A stretch of DNA of 63,308 nucleotides, filler included, from Choristocarpus tenellus KU-1152 (Eukaryota > Protista > Phaeophyceae), in NCBI GenBank assembly GCA_964200185.2. It is 12 parts of 12 records of this genome, joined end to end, with 100 filler letters (N's around TTAATTAATTAA, not from the genome) between each part and the next. Parts side by side here need not be neighbours in the genome. Positions count along the whole stretch, not along the records: positions 8,833 to 13,234 come from CAXNAD020014715.1; positions 13,335 to 16,866 come from CAXNAD020019414.1; positions 16,967 to 20,317 come from CAXNAD020020615.1; positions 20,418 to 23,071 come from CAXNAD020025929.1; positions 23,172 to 28,464 come from CAXNAD020011248.1; 7 more parts are not named here. The stretch is one strand, 5' to 3'. Of the stretch, positions 11,501 to 24,064 are shown in pieces. Made by a program: the position numbers and the translations under genes. The notes beneath the pieces were generated by a model, which saw only the letters and a program-made list of their open reading frames with translations, made no database searches and was not told where the DNA came from. Every line of letters begins with the position of its first letter. The stretch's first letter is position 1.

Positions 11501-13835
11501 TACATCAACAATCTTTTAGAGCACGCCTGTGACTGTCAGGATCACAACTGTCTAATGAGGAAGTCGTGTCAGCATTCAGCGGAATATCCGAACACATGGC
11601 AACTGTGGAGTACAAGACGAATCAACGAGTGAGAAACGACCATTTGGTCTCTAAACATGCTCGTCTTACGAAGATGCCCTGGTGAATACAAATGATGCAG
11701 TAAGCAATTACGAAGGGGGGAAATACGACATAGACGTCGTCGATCCCTTATCAGGTGGTGGGGCGATATTGGGGGACTACATTAATACCTGAAATATGGC
11801 CCGACTGCTCCTTGCGCAGTTGTTCCAGGTACACTATAGGAATCATAGTAGCGCAAGTAGTAAATAGTTCACGATCACTTTGGACGGGCGATGCTTGGTC
11901 AAGGATAGAAGCAGATATCTCGTATTCCTTTTGAATAAGTGTGGTAAATGCACGATTATCGTTGAGTATATTACGACAAATGAGTGCCAGCATTGGAGCA
12001 ACAGATTTGTCCTGTTCCTCAAACTTGAAAATACGAGATGGAGTGTCAGATATAACATTTTAGGTTGCCAGGCTTGTGCTTGACAGTGAAATCATTAGCT
12101 TGGAGAGCAATAGCTCAACGGTTACTGATATCCTGCATTGTATACAAGTAACACAATGCTGCATAATCTGAACTGCAGGTAAAGTGTCTTCCCCCAGAGA
12201 TATGGTTGCCAATGAATGATAACAGTAACAACTCCGTAACACTCTCTTCAAATTACTGAATAGTGACGTTGGGCTTCATTAAATTTCTTGCTCAAGTAAG
12301 CAATGACACCCAAGTCATTAGGATTACCGGATCGGGGTTGAGCAAAAAAACTCCAGCACCAGTCTCATGGCATCAATATGGAGGACTAACTCTTTGGTAA
12401 AGTCAGGAAATACAGAACTGTGGCTACAATTGAGTAATTGTTTCATAGTTAGAAATGCATATGTTGGTCCAATGCATATTATGTAGCAATGTTCTTACCG
12501 ACACATTTCTTAGTAAGACGAACTAAACGGCTCGATTGACTGTGGCTAGGTTGGGGTATAAATCTACTCCAAATTATCCATATCGAGGACAGATCGAATT
12601 TCTTTGATGTTGGTGGGTTTGGGTAATTCAGTGATGGCACGAAACCGATCTCTTCACTGATACGAATCCCTTCAGATAAAAAAGCGTGCGGAACGGACTT
12701 CTTTAGGTCCAGAAATGTATATTTGACGGTTTCAACGTTAAACCTGCTGAGTGCAAAGCTTTGAGCAGCTGCTGCTCTAGTGAGTACAAACGTCAGGGAG
12801 CATTTGGTATCCCAAACACGGCATCCTCTTAAAAAAAAAATGCTTCTGGAAACAACACAGTCTTATCAATATCAACTTTCAGCAACTGGAACTAGCCAAC
12901 AGGCACTCTGAATATCGCAAACGGTGATACATTTGGCACCATCCACAGTATCACTATGAGACTCCATGTTGGGTACAAAAGTCAAGTCTGTTGAACAAGA
13001 CGTTTATCAACAGTCGAGGGTTAGTATACGCAGAAACGTGGAGAGCCATGGGATTTGTCTATGATGGTAACTGGACCAATGCGTGTAGGGGATTTTCTGA
13101 ACTGTGTCGAAAATTTCCAAACAACATAGAAATAAACTTCCCAAGTCAATCGTACCCTTTAGGTCAAAGTATCTGGGGGGGGGGTGTCGGCGTCTGTTTT
13201 TCGCCCTTTTTTCGATTTTCACTTTTTTGGTGTGNNNNNNNNNNNNNNNNNNNNNNNNNNNNNNNNNNNNNNNNNNNNTTAATTAATTAANNNNNNNNNN
13301 NNNNNNNNNNNNNNNNNNNNNNNNNNNNNNNNNNGCGGTGGAGGTGGGCATGCGGGCCACCGCATCTGATGCCATACCGGGTGAGGGGGAGCGGGTGTTG
13401 GCAAGGGGGGGTGGGCTCTTGGTGTTGTTGAGTGTTCTGGTCTGTCGGTTGTCGACAAGGGTGAGGAGGGGTAGGGGTGGGGGGGCATGCATGTATGTAT
13501 GTGGTGTTGGTGAAGGTTGTTCAGAATGTAGGGAATTTGGCGTGGGAAAGATGGAACAAAAGTACGAGGGCCATGGGGTCTTGGACAAGTATTTCTGTAG
13601 TGTGGGACTGAGCATACTTATGTGGACGTACACAAGGGTTAGGGCTTACTCACCACAGTAGATGGTGTAATACTTTTATCTGCTGGGGAGACCGCATCTT
13701 GTAAGTGGTGAACGCATTGCGTCGAGTGTCAGACATGTGGTCAGTCTTCTTTTTTTTTCCTCAAACGCCTTCGCTGTCTTCTAAACCCCATCACATATGA
13801 CACAACCCCATTATGTTCCATGTCCGAATCTATAG

Positions 13836-16800
13836 GAGCATCTTCTGGGTCTAATGGATGATGCTTCCTTCAGGGAACAGCTGGTTTGCTTCTCCCTTAG
13901 AGGCAGCTCAGATAGTTTCTCCTCTTCCTCAGTGACAGGTGGGAGTGGCACAGCTGCTGTTGACGCTGAGCCCGTTCTTGTAGAGCCCCAGCACCGTCCG
14001 CTCCTCTTGCCCGTGGTAACACGGTTGGTGTATGGCCGGCTGGCATCGTGGGGGTCCAAGGGAAGGGCTGCGGGGCATGGAGGTCCTGCAGCACGACGTG
14101 CTGCTGTCCTGGCCTTCCTGTCAGGTCTATCCTCAGATGAGCTAGCTTCACTGTTCTCACTAATGTTCCGCCCCTTCTTGACTCAAGAAGTGACTACAGC
14201 GGCTGCAGGGCAGCTGCCATTGTTGGGCAGAACAGCAGTGTGTACAGCAGGCCGAGGTGGAGGTGATCTGGTGGTTGATGCTGATACGACCAATGTGTTG
14301 AGGAGGGCGGGATATGTTGGAGTGGAACAGGTGGCCAGGGTGTCTGCTTCTCGGCAAGCAGGTTTCCTAAAGATGGTGAAGGATGTTGCTAGGCAACTGG
14401 GACATCGGGCGCTGCCGTATGTTGGAGGTGTTCTTAGCCTGGTGCTGGCTTTGCTTCAGCACACTAACAACCTGGCTGCGTCCGAAGTCCGTGGGCGCCG
14501 TGGCAGTGGTGGTTATGAGACACAGGCAAAGGACGGCGAAGAAGTTGATATAGAGGGTGAGGGTGAGGCAGAAGCAATGGAGGAGGAAGAGGAGGACATG
14601 GAGGGCGAGACAGGGGTTGTAGTTCCTTCATCTACAGACAAGCCTAGTTGGTCGTACATTGCATCGGGAACCCTCCGGGCGCTTTGCCTTCGTACCCTCT
14701 CCGAACTCCTTTCCCATTTTGCGGGTGCTTTGGACATCACCCCTTTCAGCGATGCCCTCTGGAAGCCACTCACCACCCCCATCACTGGGCTTGCTGCATC
14801 CACGATTGGTGCGGTGCGGTCCCCGGCCCTCCTTGGATTGGCAGTGGTTGTCGCGGACAGAGAGGTGCTCCTGCCCATGCTTAGCACTGAGAAAAATGGA
14901 CCAGGGCAGGCCCTTGTGCCTGCTGTGCTGGATTGCCTGTCTGCCGGCAGCGAGTCGGGCCGCCTTGCGGGTGCTGCAGTCATGGGCTCTGTCCTGTCTT
15001 TTGTGGAGCGTTTGTTGGATCATGACGGCGGGCACCTCCTTCACCCTCACCTCAACAGACTCATAGCCAGTTTTGCAGCGCGACTCAACAGTGCAACTCA
15101 AAGGGGTGGAGCTGGGTCAGGGAGTGGTGCCCGAGGTTGTGGCTGGGATGGTCACACAGAGCGTGGCATGGCCATTCTGTCAAGGGTGGCAGGGATGGCT
15201 GCTGCCAGTGAGGTCATCGATGGCGATGTTGCTTGCCACCAGGCAGGGATGATTGATGCTGCCTCCATGTCACAGCTGATTGCCATTCTTGTGCCGTTCC
15301 TTCGACCAGACCGTCGTGCTTCTGACGTGGCAAAAGCATCGATTCTGAGGACGATAGCGGCCCTGGCTAATCGTGCAGATAGCCCAGGGGCCCGGCAGGC
15401 ATGGTCCAGCCTTTCACGCTTGTTGGGTCCAGTGGGCCCACGCCCTTCCACAATGGCTGCTCCTTTGATGCGACGGGAGCTTGTTGGTGCATTGAAGGCC
15501 CTGGGGGCTAGGGTAGACCTCAGCTCATCAGCTGGACCAGCAATGACCTTGCTGGGTGATCTCAATGCACTGGATGCTTCAGCACTGGATGAGCCTGACT
15601 TTCAGCGGGCTGTGCCTGCGTACAATTCCCTTTCTGAGGGATCTGGTTGGGCTGATGTGATTATGGCAGCACAGGAGACAGCAGCAGGAGATGAGGAAGA
15701 GGGAAAAAGTGTGGAGGGGCATCAAGAAGTAGGAAGGTTGGGGGGGGTGTTGGCAGTAGCTCCGTTAGTATGCCATTGCCTGCACACTCTTCACGGGGCA
15801 GAGGTTGCCCTGAGGGGGGCTGCCACAGCTGCTCTCAAGCGCCTTGTCCGTGAAGCTGCAGCAAGGGGAGGGCGAGGGGTTAGCTTGAGCTCTGTCAGTA
15901 GTAGTAGCAGTAGAGATCAGGAGATACTAACACTCAACCGATGTCCTTGGGAAGGTTTGATTAGAGGTTTTGTGATGCCAGGGCTCCGTGCAGGTGTGGC
16001 CTGTCGTTCTGAAGTGGTTCGTAAAGGGTTCATTTCTGTCTTAAGGGAGACGGTGGCAAACTTCCATGTCATGTCGGAGGCGTTGGCTGCAAAAGAGACT
16101 CCAGGGTTTACGAGGGGAGCTGGGGGGGATGGTGATAAGACGACTCGAGATGGCGGGGAGGCTAGCCCAATGGAGGGGCCAAAGGAGACCATGGGTGTGT
16201 CATCTGTTGTCCCAGTGGATCTGTGGGTTCTGGCGAGCGAAGAGGACCCAGAGGTGGACTTCTTCCTCAACGCCTGCCATATTCAAGTGCACCGTCGGGC
16301 TCGAGCACTAGCCAGGGTGAGAGCAGCTATTGAGGAGCGGGAAATCCTGCTGTCTGCTGCCTGTGCTCGTGATGCTGCTGGTGCTGCTGGTGAGGCTCAT
16401 TCAGATGTTGCAGGGACTGAGACCAGTGGGGAAGCAAAAGCTCCGGGGCCAGGGACAGGAGGGTTGCCACCTCAGTGCCCTTTCCGAGTGTCAACTATTG
16501 TGCACTTTCTCATGCCTCTGGCTCTCCACCCCCTCCATGAGTCTACTAAGGCTAGCGAGGTGGGTCTTGTGGGACAGGCAGTTTCCCTGGTTGGTGCCTT
16601 GTCACGGCACCTGCCTTGGACACACTACAGCTCTGTGCTCAAGGGCCTGATGGTCAGAGTGAGGGGTAGGGGTGGTGTGAGGAGCAGGGACAGCAGCGGG
16701 GGGGGTGGGGGCGAAGAGGTGTCCCCGGAGAAAGAAAGGGCCCTGATTGGTGCGATGTGTGCTGTTTTGGACAACTTCCACTTTGAGCTTTGTGAGCCCG

Positions 16801-16866
16801 CCACCAGTGGTGGAGAAATGGGGGAGAAAGGGGAGGGTGGAACCTCAGCACCTACTAGAACATCAG
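13836..16866 (+). CDS. UTP20: Small-subunit processome component 20 (UTP20/DRIM), one internal exon of over 3 kb, truncated by the gap
   Basis: TAG acceptor at 13835; ~1010-codon HEAT-type frame with UTP20-like motifs EPQHRPLLLPVVTRLVYGR, LNALDASALDEPDFQR, DFFLNACHIQVHRRARAL, LPWTHYSSVL, AVLDNFHF. Confidence 0.88.
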
Positions 16867-16966
16867 NNNNNNNNNNNNNNNNNNNNNNNNNNNNNNNNNN
16901 NNNNNNNNNNTTAATTAATTAANNNNNNNNNNNNNNNNNNNNNNNNNNNNNNNNNNNNNNNNNNNN

Positions 16967-19565
16967 GGGGGGGTGCCCTCAATCAGGCACTGATAACCAT
17001 CTCAGATGTTGTCTGGACATGATTCTTCTCGCGCACAACGATGGGACAGAGTTCACATGCAACAAGCGAGTAACCGTCGACGACATCTCTGGCCACGGGA
17101 GTGATGCATCTCCTCCTGTACTCCAAATCATGTGTGACGTCAAGTACCAAAATGCTGCAACGGATATCCCCACGAGGGCCCTACACTTCCTTGTTAACAG
17201 ATTCGTTAATAACGTCACACACACCCTTCTCCACAGGAGCAGCGACTTTTTTTGTGTAGGTGTAGGAGATCGTTAAACAGTAACACAACAGGCTGGGTGA
17301 CGGTTCAGGGGCGTCAAACCATACCACGAGTGTGCTTCCCTGAATCAGTACGTTAAGCGTCAAACCGCACCAAGAGTGTGTTGCCCTGTATCGATAGGTT
17401 ACTCTTTGATGTGTGATATGATGAATCCGTGCGCAATACAATGTACTCCTCGGGATAATTGACGAACTGCACTCCTATGATAGGCACACGAATGCTGGAG
17501 ACACCATCGTCTCCTTCAACGCAGAGAGGCACAACATGGTGGAGGCGGCTCTTGAACGGAGCAGGAGGGTGGAGGTGTTCGTGTCCAACGCGGTATGCAA
17601 GGACGAGGTGAAAGAGAAGATAGAGACCTCCTTCGGCCAAGCCTACAAGGACGGCAAGTGGAAGGTAAGAAGGGTGTGCTGGCTTTTTTTCCATTGCTTT
17701 CCAACTTGTTGTCTGTCTTGGTTCCTTATGGATAGGTCTCGGGCGTGCCATTGTTGTAGTGATGTTTCCTTGTCGATGTTTACACGTAGCTAACACGGTT
17801 CACGCGATTACACACACCACAAACGGAAATCGCGAGACCCCAAGACTTTGTGTGTGAGCGTCGGTACGTCGTAATGTCCTCTTTCCCCACACGAAAAAAC
17901 AAACGTGCTGCGGTACATCACAACATCTTTAACTAATGCCGGAATAACCCCAACGTACGTGACAAAACCTTCAATGCCACATGCTTGGGCTGTCACGTGC
18001 ACGCACATGATGTTGCAGGTATCCGCGTCTCTCGTTCAAGAACGCGTGATAGGCCCCTTCCTGAGTGAAATTATCGTAGAGGGTACGAGTTTTGCCCTGT
18101 TTGTCCATTTGGGGCTTGACTTCTCATGTGTTATTTTATGACATTTTCCGACTCCAAAATGTTTAGGAATAGGTAAAGTGTATACGCTATGAAAAGGTGT
18201 GTCTAGAACATGGATATTGACACTTCCTAACAAACACGATGCCCAAAATTTCATCAAAATCGCAACATTGGATTTTCACCCACAAGTGGACGCGGCTTTA
18301 CCCTCTAAGATACTTTGGTTCTCCTGCCTGCCGGAAGCCTTGGGGCAGACCCTCGTCCCAACGGAGACACAGCGATGTTTTGAAGAGTCCGTGAATCCTC
18401 AGGGAAAGGCAATAGGACGCGATGAGGCGACCATTTTCGTTGCGAAGACGGTGGCGACGGACTTCGGCTACCAGATCGACGTGAATGTGGTATAGGATGC
18501 ACTAAGTTACATATTTTATGAAGAACGAACGGCAGAGTCAAGCTCTTGGCACGCAGAATAAACTTTTTTTTTATTCCCGAGTCCTAACCTATCTAATGCT
18601 GCACCCAAATACGTCGCGTAGAAAACTATGGGCCTTGCGGGTAAGTATTGGATCCGTAGTGTGTTCAACGTTTGCCATAATAAGGTTGCCATTGTTGCAA
18701 CACCTTCGGACGAGATTACCTCCAAATCACAAACATTCATGAATGACCGAACTCTGCCCCCCCCCCCCAACACCCCTCCACCCCACCCAACCCCACCGCC
18801 GTCTTTGTCTTCCGCAATGCTCAACCGCATGCAAGCTCGTCCTCGAATCCCGCAGAAATGGCCTTATTCCCGCTTGAAGGGAAAGACTACAAATTCGGCG
18901 GAAATGACCTCCCTGCGTGGGGTGATCTCGAAGTGTGCAACTCTCAATCAGAGGCCTTCCGTTCGATCTCTCTTGAACAGTGCATTCGGCTGCTTCATGT
19001 GGCCAACAACAGACAGCTCAAGCGCATGCTTTCGCCTGGAATGGAGGTGTGTGGGCCGCGCGCAGAGCTCTACTTGCGCGTAGCAGCCACTTGCTCTCTC
19101 TACTACATGCGTTGGACCGAGAAGGCAGACGACAGCAACATTAAATTCACGTCAAAAGTTCCGCAATGCGGAAGCCGTCACCAGGTCCTCCTCCCCTTCT
19201 CCCAGGCTGGCCCCAGGCAGATGTTCGTCACGCCCGTAGTCGGGAGGGTATGCAAACCCCGGGCAAAGAATGACACGAGATCACCAAACAACATGCTCCC
19301 GGGTCTTAGGGTAGTGTGTTCTGGTGGGTTCGAAGTGCTGGATCCGGACTCGGACTTGACGCCAATGACCACTAGAAAGCGCAAGTGTCCCTCTTCCCGC
19401 ATGGGTGGAAAGGGGAAAGGTTGCAAGGTATGGAGGGGCGCCGGTGATTCTGCCATGGAAGACGATCCGGAGTATGTCAGCGACGCAGAGGAGGACGAGG
19501 AGGAAGAAGAGAATGATGAAGAGTATGATAGAGAGGAGGAAGAAGGGGATGACGAAGAGGAGTAA
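16967..19565 (+). pseudogene. Spliced gene with a beta-class N6A/N4C DNA methyltransferase-like C-terminal region, SAP-like motif and acidic tail; disrupted
   Basis: Exons ~16967-17200, 17484-17664, 18019-18480 (MITE inserted) and ~18856-19565. Joined peptide HLRCCLDMILLAH...VKYQNAATDIPTRALHFLVNR|HTNAGDTIVSFNAERHNMVEAALERSRRVEVFVSNAVCKDEVKEKI; last exon RQLKRMLSPGMEVCGPRAELYLRV then poly-D/E. First donor is non-canonical (AG|ATTCGT). Confidence 0.5.
18063..18321. mobile_element. MITE family A copy inserted in an exon, TSD TCCT
   Basis: TCCT|GAGTGAAATTATCGTAGAGGGTA...TACCCTCTAAGATACTTTGGTTC|TCCT. Confidence 0.88.
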
Positions 19566-22049
19566 GAAGAGAATCGGGACGGGGGGCGGGAAGGAGGGGG
19601 GAGGCGGGCGGGCACACACGTTGGCAAAGTAATGATTGAACAACGGCAAACATAGGATAGGGGAGTGTTTTTGTTGATGCCTCGTTCGTCCAGTAGTTAG
19701 TTCAAGCAGGATGTTCGTGTGTCTGTTGAACTCCCAGTAACATGCTTACCAGAGTCGGCGCCCATTCTTGCTTCAGGTGATGTGCAGAATTTCGCGCGGT
19801 GGCGGGGGGGAAGAGGGATACAACGAATGAGCAGCAAATTGAAAAAACTGATGTTTTCTTTTTATTTTATATGATGCAAGATTTTTTGGTATTATATTTT
19901 AGCCCTGGGCTGTTGTGGCCTTATTCTCCCTCTCCCTGTTGTTCTCCTTGCTATGTATTACAAGTCCAATAACTTTCCCGTGAAAATAGATAAATGCAGA
20001 TCGGCGTATCTGACAGGGTGGGGGGGGGGGCAGATCGCAACAAACTATATCTCGGACATGACAGACAATTTCGTACTAAGAGTTCGATCATCATATAATG
20101 TCAATACTTATATGCGCTCAGTGTTAGCTTCTTCTTCTACTTGGCGACAATAGCAATAATTGATAAACAATTTAATATAATGAGAATATAACCCTTTTTC
20201 TCTTCTTGTCAGTCAACCATCCATAATGACGATGAAACGCCGCCCCTAAAGAAACTACTTCGAAGTACTACTTTTTTCTACCACCTCCACCATTGACAGT
20301 CAAACGACTCCACCGACNNNNNNNNNNNNNNNNNNNNNNNNNNNNNNNNNNNNNNNNNNNNTTAATTAATTAANNNNNNNNNNNNNNNNNNNNNNNNNNN
20401 NNNNNNNNNNNNNNNNNCTCAGCAAGCAAGCGGAATGCTTCTCACATGGTGGGGGGGAGAGGGACTGGAGGATGTAGCAAAAAAGGAGTAGTCAAATCCC
20501 AGCTATGCCAAATTGTCTCGGTGACTACACAAGTGACACCATCTAGATGTGTCATGCGTTTTAAGCCAGAGTCACCAGGGAGATGGGCACGGAGAGGGGT
20601 CTATTAGATTCTTGGGAGGCCTCCCTAGCTCTTCCCTCGGGGGTGCAGGAGTAGGTAGATTGGAAGCACAAGAAGGCAGTAGTACAATATATTGATAGTG
20701 GTGAAGTAACAAATAGATCATTGTTTTTCACATTTATGCTATTTTATTTCTTTAGGGCTTACACTGACATACGTCTAGTTTTCATTTGTTTCCCCCGGAC
20801 ACATCTGCAAAATGTCAGAGGGCATAATACAAAAAAATGTATGTGGAAAGCTCTCTGTTATCATACTGTTACTGATGTGAGCCATGTACTGTTGAACTTA
20901 TTGGCGTTCCTTGTCAGGAATCCTGGCTTCTGGTTGAGGATTTTTTTTACGATTGAGGTGCGGAATTCTTGCGGCAAGAAAACAATCCTTTAAGTAGTGG
21001 ATATTTCTTCAAATCGGAGATGTCAAAACATCAAAGATTCTCATTGACGTTTCGTCTTGACTTTCTGATGACCCCCCTCTCATGAGAGTCTTACATCACT
21101 CTACGATTTCTGTAATTTCGTTCAGTCTCTGCACTTGTCCAACCTTAACCTCATCCTATTGGTTACGGTTTTGTGTTCATCCGCCTTGCCCAATGACCAT
21201 TTTCATCGCCCTCGACTGAGTGAACCACACCACTACAGAATAATTCAATTCGCAAGTATCCTTGGCTTTTCTTGACGCATCTGCACAATCTTGTCATATC
21301 AATTTCGCACCTACGTACGCTACCAAAGGTGTGGAACCCCCTGTTTTTTTTTTCGTTTCTATGGAGTCAAGTGTACGCGAAAATGCCTACTCCTTGCTTG
21401 TCTGGAAGTACTTCGTGACAACTAAGAGTAAAAACTACTTCAAAGAATAACGCTTTTATGTGATTAGCATGATTGGCAAAACGTCAGTAGTGGGCGTAAC
21501 ACTACAAAAACACTATTTCGTGACTCATCCTTCCCAAAAGTAATAACCTCGAACAAAAATGGATTTCAAGAAGCAAAGAGTCAATATCTATCAACCACAC
21601 AATACAACCATCCTAACATATAATATCCCCAGTGTTGAAATGAGTACACGATGCATAGTGACAGACAGGACGTGATCTTCAGTTCTTACCCTCCATCTAC
21701 CTTATTGTCTCAAAGTACTAGTTTGGACTAGTGTCGAACAAAATCTATCTGCACATACGAAAATGTTCTGTAAAACACTTCCCATCAATTTTTCATCCAT
21801 AATAAAGCAACTCTCTAGACCACAAGAGCAACTAATCGTCACCATAAGAGGCCTCACGTCCATGGTCATTTTAATGATTACCCCATAAACTCACACACAC
21901 ACACATACTTTGATGGGATGCGGGGAAGAGATGAACCTGTCCAGAGCACTCGAGGACAATTTTCAATGCTAAGGAGCCAAAGAGTGTTGTTGTGAGGAAA
22001 GCATGATTTGCCTCTGAGGGCACCAGTGATTAGATTACAACCCATCGTG

Positions 22050-22730
22050 GGACACCGATGCCACAGACAGGGGCATGTGATGGTTGATACAGGAAGGTCT
22101 GTTCCAGAGCACTACAAGGCAATGTTGTGCCGATCCGATGATGGGAAAACGCAGCAAAATGAAATTCGAAAAGATAACAACTGGAACCACTCGAGAGAAT
22201 TGTAGCTCTTCCTTGGTTGGCCCAATCAGCACGGCAAGCTTCTCCACGAAAGCTTCCCTCTGCCCACAGAAAAAAAATAGTCTTCTTCTTCTGAGCAAAT
22301 CGTACCACAATTGATAACGGTGTGGGCGTTCAACCCCAGTACGATTGCAACGAGAAGCGACACGAGTGCACATCTTCGATACTTCTTGCAAAAGAACCGG
22401 AGGAGCAAGCGGGTATATCGACATTTTCTTGTTCACTGTTGTTACGCAAAATCATCCCCGCTGGTTGGGGGACATACCATCAAAATTTGGCTTTTTTCAT
22501 TTCACTCTGCGTTATCTAAACTCGGAAAACACAAACGTCTAGGGGGTAATACACACCACCACCTACAGAACCAGACCATACGAGAAAGAATAACCGCCAA
22601 TGCTGAGTAGGCTTTTTGATATCGACAGCAATCACTCACAAACAAACAAACTCGTGTCCTTAAAGCTGGAACACAAATCGGGGTAGGTTGTTGGTCCGGT
22701 TAAGACATCCATCCACGGACAAGTTTGACA
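22050..22730 (+). mobile_element. Decayed Merlin/ISXO2 (IS1016-like) transposase remnant
   Basis: Frame-broken pieces in the expected order: WLIQEGLFQSTTRQC, CSSSLVGPISTASFSTKASL, PLVGGHTIKI...SKLGKHKRLGG (cf. GG..VEIDESKFGKRK), VLKAGTQIGVGCWSG (cf. PGT.I.TD.W..Y). No TIRs identified. Confidence 0.4.
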
Positions 22731-24064
22731 GAACTGGACTAACTACGATCAGAGTGAAGGCTCTCTTAATAGTACACGTATCTTCTACAATAACTGTCCA
22801 GGGATGCAAAATGGACGCCCCCCCCTGCTTGTAGTTCTGGGCAGGGGAACGGCATAAGAAATAAAAAGATAACTGTATGTTGACTGGACCCTTTACAGTC
22901 ATTGCTATAAAAAAAGCCTATACCATTATAATGAAAACCCTACAGTTTGGTAGGTGGTTGTATGTCCAATTCCTGGAAAAATCAGAAGGGGCAGGAGGAG
23001 GGCGGGAGCGGGGGCGGCGGTTCAAGATCTATATCTACTACCCATATTCTTCCTTCTTTAACATATCTACTNNNNNNNNNNNNNNNNNNNNNNNNNNNNN
23101 NNNNNNNNNNNNNNNTTAATTAATTAANNNNNNNNNNNNNNNNNNNNNNNNNNNNNNNNNNNNNNNNNNNNGTGCATCTGGGGTCTTGTTCATAAAAAAG
23201 GAAGAACAGAGATGGCAACAACAACAAAATGGAAAGGGGAACACAAGGTAACAGTGGAACGCACTTGATGCAAGTTCCGAAGTAACTTGGATGACGTGTG
23301 CTATGATGTTCCTGTGTGTGATATGGATCAACTGAATATCAACTGATGCTATGCTTCTATCTACTGTCATCAATGTGATGATGAGTTGGAATGCACAATA
23401 CATTAATGAACACTAACAGCCAGTGCAGTGCACCAATCAACAGTCAGTACAAGCTGGTAGATGTGCATCATATCAACAAGGAACAAATGAGTAGCCTATG
23501 TTTTAACAGCAGGGTCTAGATCATCTGACCCAGGATACATACAATGTTATGATGCATGTGGTATAGTATGAGTTGTGCAGCACGGAGGTGTGTGGCACAA
23601 ACCAACTTATTTTAGCATATATGGTGTATGTGCGGTAGGGTTGAATGGAGTGCTTTGCGGGTCTCTTTTCTTATGATCTGCAAAACAATTAGACCTCTCA
23701 AGTGTCAACAGCTTTTCTGCTCTACAGTACATGCTCCGGAACACATGAAACTAGGCATCTCTACCCCAACATGCATTTGTTCGGTTTGGTATTGTTGAAG
23801 ACTGGTATAATCCTAGCCCCCTAACACCCTTACTCCGGAGTACAAGAGACGGATACCTTTACATCAACATGTATTTGTCCAGTGGAGTATAATCGAATAC
23901 TGGTTTAATCCTAACCCCCTAAGACCCTTGAGCAGAATTAGTAACAAATAACTTATGGGCCTGGGGAGAAGCTCAAACAAGCGATTTAAAGAAGTTGAAG
24001 CACTTGATACTTGGGAGTTTTTGATTGCTTCTTATTACATAAATATCTTATTGATATGAGATAC

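Noticed and set aside
9361-11546. Possible solo LTR interrupted by the mariner
   Set aside because: TG/CA-like ends can be found but there is no convincing TSD or second copy.
17100-17125. DASPPV as the catalytic SPPY/DPPY motif of the MTase-like gene
   Set aside because: It lacks the aromatic residue and lies in the variable region just before the motif X/I-like block; the true motif IV would be further upstream.
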